A stretch of DNA of 64,000 bases from Candidatus Bathyarchaeota archaeon (GCA_963833125.1 CAWHWX010000034.1:43840-107839), one strand, 5' to 3'; numbered from the stretch's first letter, positions 1 to 11,868 are shown. Notes: generated from the sequence alone by a model not told the origin. Program-made: numbers and translations.

Positions 1-4
1 TAAA

Positions 5-814
5 TTGTTCACCTTGGCCCAACAAGGTCTACCTCAACTTGCAATTTACAATGTAGCTATAGTTGCTGCCAGCTTCTCAGGATTCGCCCCCTACGCATTG
101 ACAACCGTTCTATTGCCAGCATTGTCGTCTCTGCACGCGGCCAATGAAGTGCAGGAGATCAGGCGTATGGTGCGACATTACAGTAGATTCGTCGCAATCA
201 TAGTTCTCCCAGTCGCTGTCGGTTTTGCGTCAATCACCGATGTGGCTCTCAGGATCTTTGGTCCCACGTACACGAGCGGTTTGGTACCTTCGGTAATCGT
301 ATCCTTAACAACTGGGTTGACGGCGGTGGGTGCAGTATATGCGGCGGTACTGTTAGCCGTGGGTAAGTTGAGGTGGTATACTGGGGCTAACGTTTTAGGT
401 CTTGTTAGTTTAGCAGTTGTCGCCTACGTAGCCACACCCGTCCTGGGTTTATCGGGACCTGCCTTAGGCCGTGCAAGCCTAATGATTCTCGCGGCTCTGG
501 TCTATGGTTACGCGACCATGAGAAGTGGATTCTTCGAGCTAGATGTCAAAGCGTTTGTCTGTGCTGCTGCTAGTTCCTTGCTCATGGGGGCGGTCATATT
601 TTTCGGGCTGTGGGTATTCCACACGTTCCTCACAAAACTCTTAATGATCCCCGTTTTCGTTGCGGTTGGAGCTTTGGTCTACCTTGGATGCTTGCGTGTG
701 TTTAGGCTTCTTCAGAAGGATGATCTGGACTTCATACGAGATCTCGTTCCAGAAAGACTTCATCCGCTAGTCGCAATTGTCGCGAGGATAACGAACGTAT
801 CGAGCAATAATTAG
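5..814 (+). CDS. Oligosaccharide flippase / polysaccharide biosynthesis membrane protein (Wzx/MATE-like), 5' end truncated by the window
   Basis: Polytopic hydrophobic ORF with 'LAIYNVA...LLPALS' and a C-terminal 'YLGCLRVFRLLQKDDLDFI' tail typical of archaeal Wzx-like flippases. Confidence 0.65.
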   Translation: MFTLAQQGLPQLAIYNVAIVAASFSGFAPYALTTVLLPALSSLHAANEVQEIRRMVRHYSRFVAIIVLPVAVGFASITDVALRIFGPTYTSGLVPSVIVSLTTGLTAVGAVYAAVLLAVGKLRWYTGANVLGLVSLAVVAYVATPVLGLSGPALGRASLMILAALVYGYATMRSGFFELDVKAFVCAAASSLLMGAVIFFGLWVFHTFLTKLLMIPVFVAVGALVYLGCLRVFRLLQKDDLDFIRDLVPERLHPLVAIVARITNVSSNN

Positions 815-818
815 ACTA

Positions 819-1148
819 TTAATTTGTGGGTAGTGGGAGTCCCTTACAACCGACCTTTCCACGTACCCTACGGTTGAAATTCGGACATGTGAAACACTCC
901 ACAAATGAGACTTTCTTCAGCTTCACAGGACAATCCACCGCTTCCTTCTTCATCCGCGCAAGCATCTTGCCCTTGACTGCGCCTTTGATGGCCTCCAACG
1001 ACTCCTTTGGGCTTGGTATAGCCTTAGGCGGAGCGAAGATGTCGACCAGGTACTTGTCGTCGGCTCCCAGCTGAACGGCAGGCGCCTTGGTTTCGTCCGC
1101 GGAAGAGGGTGTGCTCATTGCGACCTCAAGCCTCAGGAAGGGCTCCAT
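819..1148 (-). CDS. Small hypothetical protein with C-terminal Cys4 metal-binding motif (true start possibly 1118)
   Basis: DCPVKLKKVSFVECFTCPNFNRRVRGKVGC motif; GAGGT upstream of the ATG at 1118. Confidence 0.6.
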   Translation of the reverse strand: MEPFLRLEVAMSTPSSADETKAPAVQLGADDKYLVDIFAPPKAIPSPKESLEAIKGAVKGKMLARMKKEAVDCPVKLKKVSFVECFTCPNFNRRVRGKVGCKGLPLPTN

Positions 1149-1288
1149 TTGAATCCATAAAGACCTTTCTCATGGTGTTCGTGTTGGTTTTCGGGGTATC
1201 GCTGTCAAGAGTGCCCTTCTGACGACTTCTTGAGGAAGCAGTCGGGTAGGTTTCTACGATTATTGATATTCGGCTGATTCTACTGGAT

Positions 1289-2053
1289 TTAGCGGAATAG
1301 ATCAAGTCTTCTACCTAGGAGGAGTTTTCTTGATAGGTTCCCATCCGAGCTTCGTTTCATTCGATAGAGCCCTCTTATTATGGCCACTGGGGTTCGTTCT
1401 CTTCCTTGCCCCATGACTAGTTCAGCGGCCGCAGCCACCTCATCCGCCATAGCCACATACTTGTACCTTAGACTGTAACCGAACATGTCATCCAGCCCTC
1501 GGTAGTCAACGATCGGCTCCATGCCTGCTACGCCTATCGCGAATTCCACTTGCCCTACGCGCAGGGGGCGACTGTAAGTATCAGCTATTATCACGGCAAG
1601 TTGTTTTCCGGAGAGTTGTTCGAGGCGGGTGAGAATTTCATTAGCCGCAACGTCGGAGTTTGGGGGCAGGCGGCTGTAAATGAATCGGCCTTCAACATTT
1701 GATTTGTCTACGCCTGCGTTCAGGCAGACTAACCCGTCTTTCCTACGAACCACAAACGCCTGCGAGTCAGCGCGCAGAACGCTCGCCGAGTCTTGAAGTA
1801 TTAGTTCAATGACCCGAGAATCTTTCTTCGTCCGCTTTGACAAGGCCTTAGCTTTTTGCCCGGGCTTGATTACTGACGTGTCGACCAACAGTCCATTAGC
1901 CTTGGACACAATTTTCTGGGAGATTACGACCAAATCGCCGTCATCAAGGATAATGCCTTCCTCTTTCGCCCTTTCGAAGATCAGTTGCGCGACGTTGTCA
2001 CCAGGCCTAATCGATCCAAGCTTCTCCAATCCGAATATTGTCAACGTCCGCAA
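1289..2053 (-). CDS. cofE: Coenzyme F420-0:L-glutamate ligase
   Basis: GDLVVISQKIVSKA, NAGVDKSNV, IIADTYSRPLR, ADEVAAAAELVMGQ, PVAIIRG motifs. Confidence 0.9.
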   Translation of the reverse strand: MRTLTIFGLEKLGSIRPGDNVAQLIFERAKEEGIILDDGDLVVISQKIVSKANGLLVDTSVIKPGQKAKALSKRTKKDSRVIELILQDSASVLRADSQAFVVRRKDGLVCLNAGVDKSNVEGRFIYSRLPPNSDVAANEILTRLEQLSGKQLAVIIADTYSRPLRVGQVEFAIGVAGMEPIVDYRGLDDMFGYSLRYKYVAMADEVAAAAELVMGQGRERTPVAIIRGLYRMKRSSDGNLSRKLLLGRRLDLFR

Positions 2054-2362
2054 TTACGACCCTTCCTCAACATATTTGATTCCCGGCGCGCCTCTACCAA
2101 TTTACGCTTAAATAAGATGCGACATGCCGTCTGTCATTTTGTGTCAGCAACAGAATCTCACCTATCTCGCATATTTCACCTCAGGCTGATTATGCTCTCG
2201 CAGGCTGAGAGTAATATGAAGTTGAGAGGAAGCAAACCCCTAACGATAAAACATGAGTAACTAAATCGCACGGTTCACGTATTCGTAGTCTGAAGGTGGA
2301 CGTTTCACTTAAATAACGATTCGCATTCCTACGCAGAGTTCGCATTCAAAGAGATGTAACGA

Positions 2363-4434
2363 TTGACAATCGAATACGTATTCGCGGCGAGCTTCGTATC
2401 CCTTGTTGTCGCAGGAATCTTGGTCAACTGGATCTTGAAACAGGATACGGGAACCGACCGAATGAGAGAGATTTCCAGCGCGATCAAAACGGGAGCAGAA
2501 GCCTATCTAGCTCGTCAATATCGAACCATCAGCATAATTGCCGTGGTGACCACTGTTCTTCTAGCCGTGGCTATCCGCGACGCTTCAAACCCCTGGCTGG
2601 GCGTTGACACCGCCGCCGGCTTCATGTTGGGTGCGCTTGCTTCTAATTTGGCTGGGTACATTGCCATGTTCGTCTCAGTGAGAACTAACGTTCGTGCAGC
2701 GAAGGGAGCAATGACAAGCCTAGACCGAGCGTTGAAAATAGCGTTCCGAGGTGGGGTCGTCTTCGGCTTGGCCGTTGTCTCCTTGAGCTTACTTGGGATC
2801 TCGTCGTTGTTCTTAGTGTTTCATGGTGATCCTCGACTTATGGTTGGATTCGGTTTCGGCGCAAGTTTCGCCGCTTTGTTTGCGCAACTTGGTGGCGGAA
2901 TTTACACAAAAGCAGCCGACATGTCTGCCGACTTGGTTGGTAAAGTCGAGGCTGGAATACCTGAGGACGACCCGCGGAACCCCGCGGTAATCGCCGACCT
3001 GGTGGGTGACAATGTTGGTGATATTGCCGGACGTGGTGCAGATCTCTTCGAATCCATAACCGCCGAAAACATTGGCGCAATGATTCTCGGGATCGCACCC
3101 GCCGTTTACGTGTTGTTTGGAGTGAACGGGCTGATCTTTCCGCTGATGGCTCGTGCCTTTGGTCTGATTGGAACTATGGTCGGAGCGTTATTCGTTTACC
3201 ACCGCAAGAACGAAAATCCGTTCACTTCCTTGATACGGGGGCTCGTGAGTCACAGGCGTAATCAGCGCCGTAGGGTTTTACGTGCTTACGATGGTCCTCC
3301 TGAACGGGGATTTAGACTACTTCTTCGCTTCGCTCGTGGGCATAGTCGCAGCGTTGGCCGTTGCACTGATCACAGATTATTATACGTCATACAGAAGAAG
3401 CCCGACCTTGGGAATTGCGAAGGCGGCTGAGACTGGCGCTGCTCCCGGCCTCGTTAGTGGCCTAGCGGTCGGTATGGCGTCTACCGCTCTGTTCATCATC
3501 GTGATAGGAGCGGCGATTCTACTTGCGTTCTGGTTGGGTAACGGATTTGCTTCTCTGGGTGGCAATTTGGATCTTACCGATCCGGCGTTCCAAAAGGGCC
3601 TGTATGGAACTGCGATTGCGACGATGGGAATGCTTTCAGTAACTCCGATGGTGCTAGCCATGGACGGGTTTGGGCCGATCACTGACAACAGCGGGTGGAA
3701 TACTGGAAATGTCCGGTGTACCTGCAAAGGCTCGGGCCGTCTCGGACGAGTTAGATTCGGTCGGAAATACCACTAAAGCCTTGACGAAGGGTTACGGTGT
3801 CGCTTCCGCTGCGCTTTCGGCATTCCTGCTTTTCAGCGCGTTCCTGGAGGTGGCGGGTCTGAAGGGCGTGGACTTATCGAGGCCGGGGGTTTTCGTAGGT
3901 GCTTTCATTGGGGCGATGCTGATCTTCTTCTTCAGTTCATTGGCAATCAAGGCGGTAGGAAATACGTCGGCAGTAATGATTCGTGAGATCAGGCGGCAAT
4001 TCAAGGCAATCCCTGGCATTATGAAGGGCACTGCAAAGCCGGACTATTCGCGTTGCATAGACATTAGCACAAAGGCCGCTTTGAAGAACATGGTCTATCC
4101 AAGCTTACTTGTTGTGGCGGGCCCGATCCTAGTCGGGGTGTTGTTGGGGGCTGAGGCTGCTGGAGGGTTACTTATGGTTGGGACGGTGGTCGGTGTGCTT
4201 ATGGCGCTCTTTATGAACAATGTTGGAGCTGCACTAGACAATGCGAAGAAGTACGTTGAAGCAGGACACTTGGGAGGAAAAGGATCACCCGTTCACGCTG
4301 CGACCGTTATAGGCGACACGTTTGGGGATCCGCTTAAAGACACAGCCGGTCCATCGTTACATGTCGTCGTTAAACTACTGAACACGATAACCCTAGCGCT
4401 TGCACCACTATTCATCTACGCGTTACTTCATTAA
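2363..4434 (+). CDS. hppA: Membrane H+-translocating pyrophosphatase, K+-independent type (split over three frames by two single-base insertions)
   Basis: GGGIYTKAADMSADLVGKVEAGIPEDDPRNP, DNVGD, GNTTKA (Lys marks K+-independent type), GDTFGDPLKDTAGPS; frame breaks near 3250 and 3690. Confidence 0.92.
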
Positions 4435-4590
4435 AGCCCGAAATACGCTGGATCAAGAAACCTATCCTCAAAGTCACACCATCTAACCCTCGACGACTCC
4501 ATCCCGCCATCGTAGCCAAGGCCCCTTTTCCGTTTATTCTCAAGAAGGAACGCTAATAATCGGGCGATGGGGTAGCAGCGCTAGGTCGAA

Positions 4591-5802
4591 ATGCTACAGG
4601 AAACCGTAAGGCCCTCGAGGAGGGCTGAAGGCGTAGAGTACGCTATTCGTGACATTATCTCCAAGGCTGAGGAAGTGAGGCGTAAAGGAAAGAGGATCAT
4701 CCCTCTGAACATCGGGGATCCAGTCAAATATGGATTCGACACACCTGCACACATCAAAGAGGCAGTAAAGAAAGCGATTGATAACGGCGAAAATTATTAC
4801 TCAGCTTCTGAAGGGTTGAAAGGAGCTCCGAGAGGCGGTAGCGGAGAAGGAGAACATAGTCAATCATGCCCAAATTGAACCAAGCAATGTCGTCATCACC
4901 CAAGGCATCTCCGAAGCAATCATGTTCTTAACGGGTGCCTTGGTAAACCCGGGTGACGAGGTGCTAATGCCCGGTCCATGCTACTCGCCATACATTACCT
5001 ACACGAAATTCTTCGAAGGCAAACCAGTCACTTATAGGACGATGGAAGAGAACGACTGGGCACCTGACCTGTCCGATCTCGAAAAGAAAGTCACCGATCG
5101 GACACGGCTTATCATTATCATTAACCCTAGTAACCCGACAGGCTCAGTCTACTCGGAAAAGGCCCTGTTAGGGATTCTGGAAATAGCAGCCGCGCACAAC
5201 ATTCCCGTTGCAGCGGACGAGATATACGATAGAATAATTTTCGACGGCAAATTCACCTCCATAACCTCGATCGCCAAAGACGTCCCTATCCTTTGCCTGA
5301 ACGGATTCTCTAAGGCTTACCTAATGACCGGGTGGCGGTTGGGCTACATTTACACTCAGGACCCAACCGAGAGACTGAAGGATGTTTGGGAGGCGATTGA
5401 GAAGCTGTCGCGGGTTCGCCTTTGCGCCAGCACGCCCGCGCAATATGGGGGAATAGCGGCTCTGACGGGCCCGCAAGGACACATCACGCAAATGGTCTCA
5501 ACCCTAAAACGGCGACGTGACTTCGCGTGGAAACGATTGACTGAGATCGAGGGATTGACGGTGACGAAACCGCAGGGTGCCTTCTACCTTTTTCCAAAGG
5601 TAACTTTGCAAGGGACAAATGGAAGAACGACAAAGAGTTCGTAACTGAACTATTGGAGGAAACGGGTGTACTTGTGGTTCACGGTTCCGGCTTCGACCCA
5701 GTATATGGTAACGGCCATTTTAGATCCGTCTTCCTTCCCGAGGAGGCAATGATGTCCGAGGCGTTCGACGCGATCGAAGGCTTCATGAAACGTCACTCAT
5801 GA
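4591..5802 (+). CDS. Class I/II PLP aminotransferase (alanine/aspartate aminotransferase-like), two frameshifts
   Basis: YAIRD, LNIGDP, INPSNPTG, DEIY, GFSKAYLMTGWRLG; C-terminus (GVLVVHGSGF...HFRSVFLP) continues in another frame to TGA at 5800-5802. Confidence 0.85.
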
Positions 5803-5836
5803 TTGAATTGTAAAGGTTTAATTCAAGCTGGAACAC

Positions 5837-6034
5837 GTGGTTTCGTGGTTCATGTCGATGTCTGAAGATACCAGCGAGCAGCCAGCAGGCATAATGTACG
5901 AGTGCATAAGCTGCGGTCAGCACCTAACCGCTGATCAACTGTCCATGACACCAGAAATCAAATGCCCATACTGCGGTTATCGGGTTCTAAGAAAGGCGCG
6001 TCCTCCGATCGTAAAACGAGTTAAAGCACGATAG
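5837..6034 (+). CDS. rpoP: DNA-directed RNA polymerase subunit P (Rpo12)
   Basis: YECISCG...IKCPYCGYRVLRKARPPIVKRVKAR; real start probably near 5858. Confidence 0.9.
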   Translation: MVSWFMSMSEDTSEQPAGIMYECISCGQHLTADQLSMTPEIKCPYCGYRVLRKARPPIVKRVKAR

Positions 6035-6207
6035 ATTCCTAAATCCTTGATTTACCACTTGCTGGAGAAGACATCTACGTAGGTAAGCAGTTTTCCACCC
6101 AACCTACACTTACCAAATACTTACATTCTCTCTCGTAGATAGCACCTGTTCTATCGGCGCCCTCTTTCCCATTTGATTTTTCTCTAGGGCAAAACTTGGC
6201 GGATGTT

Positions 6208-6609
6208 TCAAGAAACACTGGGACCCGTCTCTTGCTTTTTTGTGGTTAGATCGGTTATTTCCGTTGCGAGTTCCTGTTTCGTCTTTCCTAAGGTATTTAT
6301 GCCCAGACTCTTCGCGGCAATTATGATTGGGTCTTGAGGAGGAGGGGTTGTTGCTTGCTGGCTAATCTTTGGCGTGCTCGTTGGAGAGTTGACGATAGTT
6401 TTGTTAATGGAATCTGTGATAGGGTTTGTGATGGCCTGCAGATCCACAACCGATGTAACCTCTTTGGCTGCTTTATCGAATTCTCTTTTTGCTTGGCCTA
6501 TTACTCTGGCCATCTCGGGAACTTTCGATGGCCCCCAGAGGAAGAGTACTATGAGTATCGCGACTATAACTAGTCCGTCAAGTCCAAAGAGTGGCAATTC
6601 TTTCCACAA
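6208..6609 (-). CDS. tatA: Twin-arginine translocase TatA/E family subunit
   Basis: N-terminal TM helix, LWGPSKVPEMARVIGQAKREF amphipathic helix. Confidence 0.8.
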   Translation of the reverse strand: MWKELPLFGLDGLVIVAILIVLFLWGPSKVPEMARVIGQAKREFDKAAKEVTSVVDLQAITNPITDSINKTIVNSPTSTPKISQQATTPPPQDPIIIAAKSLGINTLGKTKQELATEITDLTTKKQETGPSVS

Positions 6610-6774
6610 TCATGGGCAGCGTTGGGCTCCCTATAAGAATGCTGAATTCCATACTGTGTCTGGAAAATGAGATCCATGATTCCGTCACCTTGATCTTCGG
6701 TTGATTACCCCATTAGATGAATGAATCAAGATCCTGGGGTTCAGAGCAGGTACGCCCTTAGAGGCATGTCGTGT

Positions 6775-7668
6775 CTAGATTTGTGATTTTCCGCATGATG
6801 CACAAAACGACGAGGAGACGTTGCTGCCACAGAACCTGCATGCCATCGTAGCCAACTGGGTCTTTGGTGAGGCAGAGGTATCCCTTGGGCGATTTCTCTC
6901 AATTCTTCTCGCCGCATATGCAGCTATTTCAAAGATCCCAGCGAAGGGAATCATTATGATTGTAGCAGTAATTGGAGTTGGATCGGGACCGAAGGTCCAG
7001 ATAATCATCTCCAATGCAATATAAATTGCAATTTTCGTCTTGCCGGATAGAACTTTTGCCGAGATGATTCCGAACTGCACCAGAAGCACGATGAATACTG
7101 GGATGGTATAGAAAATGCCTGATGCCAGAAGAAGCGTGAAGACCCAATTGTAGAAGTCCTTTATGCCAATGAACGGAACTGCTCCGCCATTAGTTATGAA
7201 CCAGACAAGAATTTGAAATGTAATCGGTATTATCACGAGGTAGGCCATCGCAAGTCCGAGAGTGAAGAGTCCGACAAATGCCCCCACGAACCACATGAGG
7301 TATTTCCGTTCGTTCGGATAGAGAGCGGGCTTGACGTAGGCATAAATCTCATACGCGATAGCTGGTGAACCCAGCACTACGCCAATGAGCACGGTAAGGT
7401 ACATGTAAACAAAAAGAGTGTCCACAAGACCTGATGCTATGAGGGTGGCACCGGTGGGTAGAAAATCATGTTTCATTTTCTGCATCAGTATCGATACTAG
7501 TGGCTTGTATTGGTGCATTGGATCCGAGTATCCCTGAAGGTCGGATGGCAAGAATCCGATACTGCAGGTCACCGCAAGCACGATAATTATGATCTTCAGG
7601 CGTTTGGTTAACTCCGACAAGTGTTCCCAGATCGTTCCTGCCTTCCCGTCATCCTGTTTCTCGGACAA
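6775..7668 (-). CDS. tatC: Twin-arginine translocase TatC with C-terminal zinc ribbon
   Basis: IWEHLSELTKRL, YVKPALYPNERK, PDPT; ends CRFCG...CASCG. Confidence 0.9.
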   Translation of the reverse strand: MSEKQDDGKAGTIWEHLSELTKRLKIIIIVLAVTCSIGFLPSDLQGYSDPMHQYKPLVSILMQKMKHDFLPTGATLIASGLVDTLFVYMYLTVLIGVVLGSPAIAYEIYAYVKPALYPNERKYLMWFVGAFVGLFTLGLAMAYLVIIPITFQILVWFITNGGAVPFIGIKDFYNWVFTLLLASGIFYTIPVFIVLLVQFGIISAKVLSGKTKIAIYIALEMIIWTFGPDPTPITATIIMIPFAGIFEIAAYAARRIERNRPRDTSASPKTQLATMACRFCGSNVSSSFCASCGKSQI

Positions 7669-7854
7669 AATTCACGCCACAAGTACAATGGATTTGCGTG
7701 TGAGCCTAATCACAAACCAGGAATTCGCAAAGTATTGCCGTATTGTAAAGAAAGCATTTGTGATTGACGCCTTATCGGCAATAGTCATCGTTTAAGCGGG
7801 TTCACCTGATTCGGAGGGAGAGCTAAGCGGCGCATCTAATCAGGATAATCGATT

Positions 7855-8160
7855 TCATTTAGGCGAGGTCTTGTCGGCTATCTCTCTTGCGATCTCTTCT
7901 TTCGTCTTACCCTCTGTGCTGATGCCCAGATTCTTCGCTGCGACGATCAATGGGTCAGTTGCAGGCTGCGCAGTTGGCGTGCCATTGGTAGGAGATGATA
8001 CTTCCTTTGCTGTTCTTTCAAATTCCTTCTTGGCGAGCCCTATCGATCTTGCCAGTTCGGGTAACTTCTGCGGGCCCCATAAGAATACGACCAGTAAGAT
8101 TCCTAGCACAATTAGCCATTCATATCCGACTAGTGCCAAGATTAACACCGAGAAAGGCAT
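7855..8160 (-). CDS. tatA: Twin-arginine translocase TatA/E family subunit
   Basis: GYEWLIVLGILLVVFLWGPQKLPELARSIGLAKKEF; start set at the internal ATG (MPFSVL). Confidence 0.85.
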   Translation of the reverse strand: MPFSVLILALVGYEWLIVLGILLVVFLWGPQKLPELARSIGLAKKEFERTAKEVSSPTNGTPTAQPATDPLIVAAKNLGISTEGKTKEEIAREIADKTSPK

Positions 8161-8329
8161 GCATCCCGTTTGATATAAGAGTGATGAGCAGATTCTTAGA
8201 ATTTCCCAGGGACAACCATCAAATGCATTTAAGCTTAGACTATTTTTCCTGCCTAGATTCTGCTGAATCCCATCGGAAAGGCGTATATCGTCTACGCGGT
8301 TTCCGAGACTAGATCGGGTGACTCTCCCA

Positions 8330-9132
8330 GTGACCACAAACGCGGTGCTCAACGAGGTTCCAGCGCATCACGCTCAGGCTGAATTGGCTTGTGAGGATCT
8401 AGGATTCGCGCATACGGTCAAAAATTCATCTTCAAAAACGTGAGCTTAGCCGCCTTCAAAGACGAACTTGTCGCAATTATAGGTCCAACCGGAACGGGGA
8501 AATCAACCCTCCTTCGAACTCTCGCATATCTAATTCCTCCGACAACCGGCCACGTATTTCTTGAAGGAAAACAGATAACCCGACCGTCTTCCACAATCTC
8601 ATTGATTCATCAATCCATTGCAACCTTTCCTTGGATGACGGCCTTAGACAATGTCAAACTCGCGCTAATCTGCAAGCGAACACCCAATGATGAAGCGGTT
8701 CAAATCTCCAAGAAGATGTTAGATCTAGTGGGCTTGAAGGCGGATGAGAATGACTATCCGAAAGAAATGAGCGGAGGGATGAGACAGAGAGTCGCAATTG
8801 CGAGAGCGCTAGCCGCGTCACCTGCAGTTTTATTGATGGATGAACCGTTCGTACACTTAGACGAGTTAACCGCCGACGGTCTGAGAAGAGAGATCTATTC
8901 CTTGGTCTTCAACCCCGAGACCAGTCTAAAATCCGCAATTCTCGTATCGCATAACCTGCATGAAGTCGTGCAGCTCGCTGACAGAGTTTACGTAATGAAC
9001 GGATCACCTGCCGTGATTGTCGATGAAATTAGAATCGACTTACCGCGGCCAAGGACCGAGCGAAATCCTAGGTTCCTAGACTATATTGATCGGCTATACG
9101 ATGAGTTGTCCTTAAAGTCGGCAAGGGTCTGA
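8330..9132 (+). CDS. NitT/TauT-type ABC transporter ATP-binding protein (N-terminal frameshift near 8410)
   Basis: GPTGTGKST, MSGGMRQRVAIARAL, LLMDEPF, VSH; upstream frame gives LACEDLGFA/YGQKFIFKNVSL; GGTGA before GTG 8330. Confidence 0.85.
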
Positions 9133-9135
9133 TAA

Positions 9136-10810
9136 GTGGATCTTGACGTTCTAATTCCATTGGCTACGCTTGCTACAATCGGCAGAATATTCGCACTCAT
9201 TGCTCTTGCGATCATAACTGGATGGCTGCTCGCGTACGCATCAATCAAGAGCAGAAGATTCGAGAACGTATACATTCCATTGACCAACGTACTCGAGTCG
9301 ATACCTGTCATAGGCTTCCTCCCATTAGTTTTGGTCGCATTCGTTCTCGCTATTCCTGGCGCGATAGGAGTGGAGGCGGCTGTGGACTTTCTTGTTTTCG
9401 ATGCTGTCGCATGGAATGTCTGGATTGGCGTATACCAAGCATTCAAAACCGTACCCGAACACTTGCTTGAGGTCTCGGAAAACTACAACTTTGGTTTTCT
9501 TAGAAGAATGAGGTACCTATTCATCCCTCACTCCATCCCAAGAATAACGTCAAACATTTTCTCAAGTTTCGCCGACGCATTCTTCTATATTTCCGTTAGC
9601 GAAGTGTTTACCGCCGGAGCCGCAACGGCAAGCGTATGTCAAGGAGGCGTTTGTTCAACTTTCGGTATCGGAACACTAATCACCAGGTTTTTAGTGGAGG
9701 GGAATTATGTCGGCGTATTCTATTCCCTCGTCTCGATCGCCGTCGCAGTAATCATAGTTACATTAGCACTCTCATGGCTAAGTAGGTGGGCTGTAGCCAA
9801 GTACGGGGTAGATACACCGGGGATTATCAAACGCCATGCGGGTAGGTGGCGAGGGCGCATCGCTTATCCTTGGCGAAAATGGCGAGCACATAATGCCTTT
9901 CGCGGCCAAACCTTGCCATTCTCGAGGTACGCGGCGAGAATGAGACCGCATTGGCGCAATCACCATGTGCAGAGTGATCGTTTTGATCAAGCAAAGGTGC
10001 TGAGATATGTCAGCACCTTCGTTGTCACGGCTGTCCTTGCCTATCTTGCCTACGCCTCTTTCAGGCTGATAATTTCTGTTCCCATTGCCACATGGTACGG
10101 TTTCCTGTACGAAACGCCACAACTTCTCGAATACGTAGGAGCGGATTACATTCGAGTGAGCGTAATAACCCTCGCCTCATTGGGTTTAGCGATTTTCGCA
10201 GGGTACTTCCTCGCCACCCATCACAGGTTGGGCGATGTTATCTTCCCTGCAATCCAGGCGTTTGCAGCCTTTCCAGCGCCGACCTACTTTCCCTTGCTCT
10301 TCATCGTAACCATTCCCTTCGTCGAGAATGCGTTTCCATTCTTCTATACGGAGGTTTACATATTCTTGCTAGGTTTCCTAAGTTGTTTCTACTACGTCTT
10401 TTTCGATTTTTGGATAGGCGTTCAGGCCATCCCGTCGGAATTTCTCGATGTAGTGCGGAACCATGAGATACCCTTCTGGGCTAGGATGAGACACGATAAT
10501 ACTGCCTGCAAGCCTACCCTATCTCATTACAGGCCTCTCTAGTACAATTAACAGTGCGTGGGCGGGTATGGCAATTGGCGAGTTCTGGCCTGACATTGCC
10601 CCGAAGATCTCTCCTCACGGGCTTCAAGCTCCATTCGGAATGATGTATTACATCACATCAAACATGGCGAATGGAGCGATAGGGCGCACTGCCTACGTTT
10701 CATTGCTGTTTGCCGTTGTCGTTGCCATCTATGGAATATTCTTCACAAGGAACCTTATGGACTTGGCTCGGAGAAAGTATGTGGTAGAGGAAGGCATTTT
10801 CGCAGCATAA
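9136..10810 (+). CDS. NitT/TauT-type ABC transporter permease with two fused permease domains (frameshift near 10495)
   Basis: LESIPVIGFLP, AWNVWIGVYQAFKTVP and a second QAFAAFPAP...GVQAIPSE repeat; C-terminal part in ORF 10568-10810. Confidence 0.8.
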
Positions 10811-10830
10811 AACCGAGTCAATGGAATCAG

Positions 10831-11868
10831 CTAAGTATGAAGGGCTCCCTTGCTTAACAATTTGAAGCCATAATGATATGCTGCTACACCAGTTATGGGA
10901 AGTTCTAACCAAACAGTTACGAGTCTAGACAATATAGCAGCCGAAGCAGCAATAGAAACCGGGACGCCAAATAACGCTAGAACAGTAGTTACGGCAGTTT
11001 CGTAGACTCCTATCATGCCTGGAATCGCGACAGGCGTCATCTGTATCATCTTACCTATCGAAATTGTTATCATAGCCACCCAGAGCGACGCGTTTGTATC
11101 CAGTGAGACGAGTACGATCCAGAGTATTGCAACTGAGCAAATCCAATCGCCTAGGCTCGCCAGAAATGATAGTAACAAGTGCAGTTTTGACGATATCATC
11201 TCCCTGAATCCTATGTTGTACTCCGTTAGAAATTGTTCAGCCTTGCCTTCTACGACGGCTTCTTTCTGTATCAACTTAATGATCGGCCGCGCAAGCTTGA
11301 GGACGCGGTTTAGGATAGGCGCGATCTTCCTTGGGTCGAAAGAGAGATAGAGTAGCACCGCCAGCCCAGCTATTGTCAAAAAGGGGATCGAAGCTAGTTC
11401 GATTAGACCGATGGATGTCATGCCCTGGCTTAGGAGGGCGAATAGTGCGAATGCAGTCGTGGCTAGGAAGCCGAGCACGTACAGAATCCTATGAAGAACG
11501 ACTGTAGAAGTGGATTCACCCAGTTTCATGCCTGTCTCCTTGGAGCCTAGGATGCACCTCGCAGCCTCCATGAAGACCCCGCTCGGCATCGTGTATACCA
11601 CAAAAATGCTTGCGAGGCTTATTCCTAGACATGTTAGGAAACGCATGCGGTAACCAGCAGCTTCTATCAAGAAGTACCACGCCGTTGCATAGAATCCAAA
11701 GCCTAGCAATTGGAGTCCTACCATTAGAAGTATGACGACCGGATTGACGCTCAGAATGATTCTAACTAAGGAATCGATTCCGACATAAAACAAGAAACCG
11801 AGGAGAACCCCAAATCCAATCGCGAAACCAGCGAGGCGACTGATCGTTTCTCTTCTCATAATTCGCAT
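10831..11868 (-). CDS. Lysylphosphatidylglycerol synthase TM / UPF0104 flippase-like membrane protein
   Basis: TMPSG...EAAR, PGMIGVYETA, AAILSRLVTVWL motifs. Confidence 0.75.
   Translation of the reverse strand: MRIMRRETISRLAGFAIGFGVLLGFLFYVGIDSLVRIILSVNPVVILLMVGLQLLGFGFYATAWYFLIEAAGYRMRFLTCLGISLASIFVVYTMPSGVFMEAARCILGSKETGMKLGESTSTVVLHRILYVLGFLATTAFALFALLSQGMTSIGLIELASIPFLTIAGLAVLLYLSFDPRKIAPILNRVLKLARPIIKLIQKEAVVEGKAEQFLTEYNIGFREMISSKLHLLLSFLASLGDWICSVAILWIVLVSLDTNASLWVAMITISIGKMIQMTPVAIPGMIGVYETAVTTVLALFGVPVSIAASAAILSRLVTVWLELPITGVAAYHYGFKLLSKGALHT

Noticed and set aside
2363-4434. Programmed frameshifting or pseudogene status for hppA and the other split genes
   Set aside because: No shared slippery sequence; breaks hit probably essential genes at scattered positions, so sequencing error is more parsimonious.
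4562-4590. GGCGATGGGG, resembling a fluoride riboswitch near hppA
   Set aside because: It is downstream of hppA and lacks the complementary stem and 3' pseudoknot motif.
8161-8352. N-terminal extension of the TatA ORF
   Set aside because: TatA begins with its TM helix; the extension runs through the divergent promoter region.
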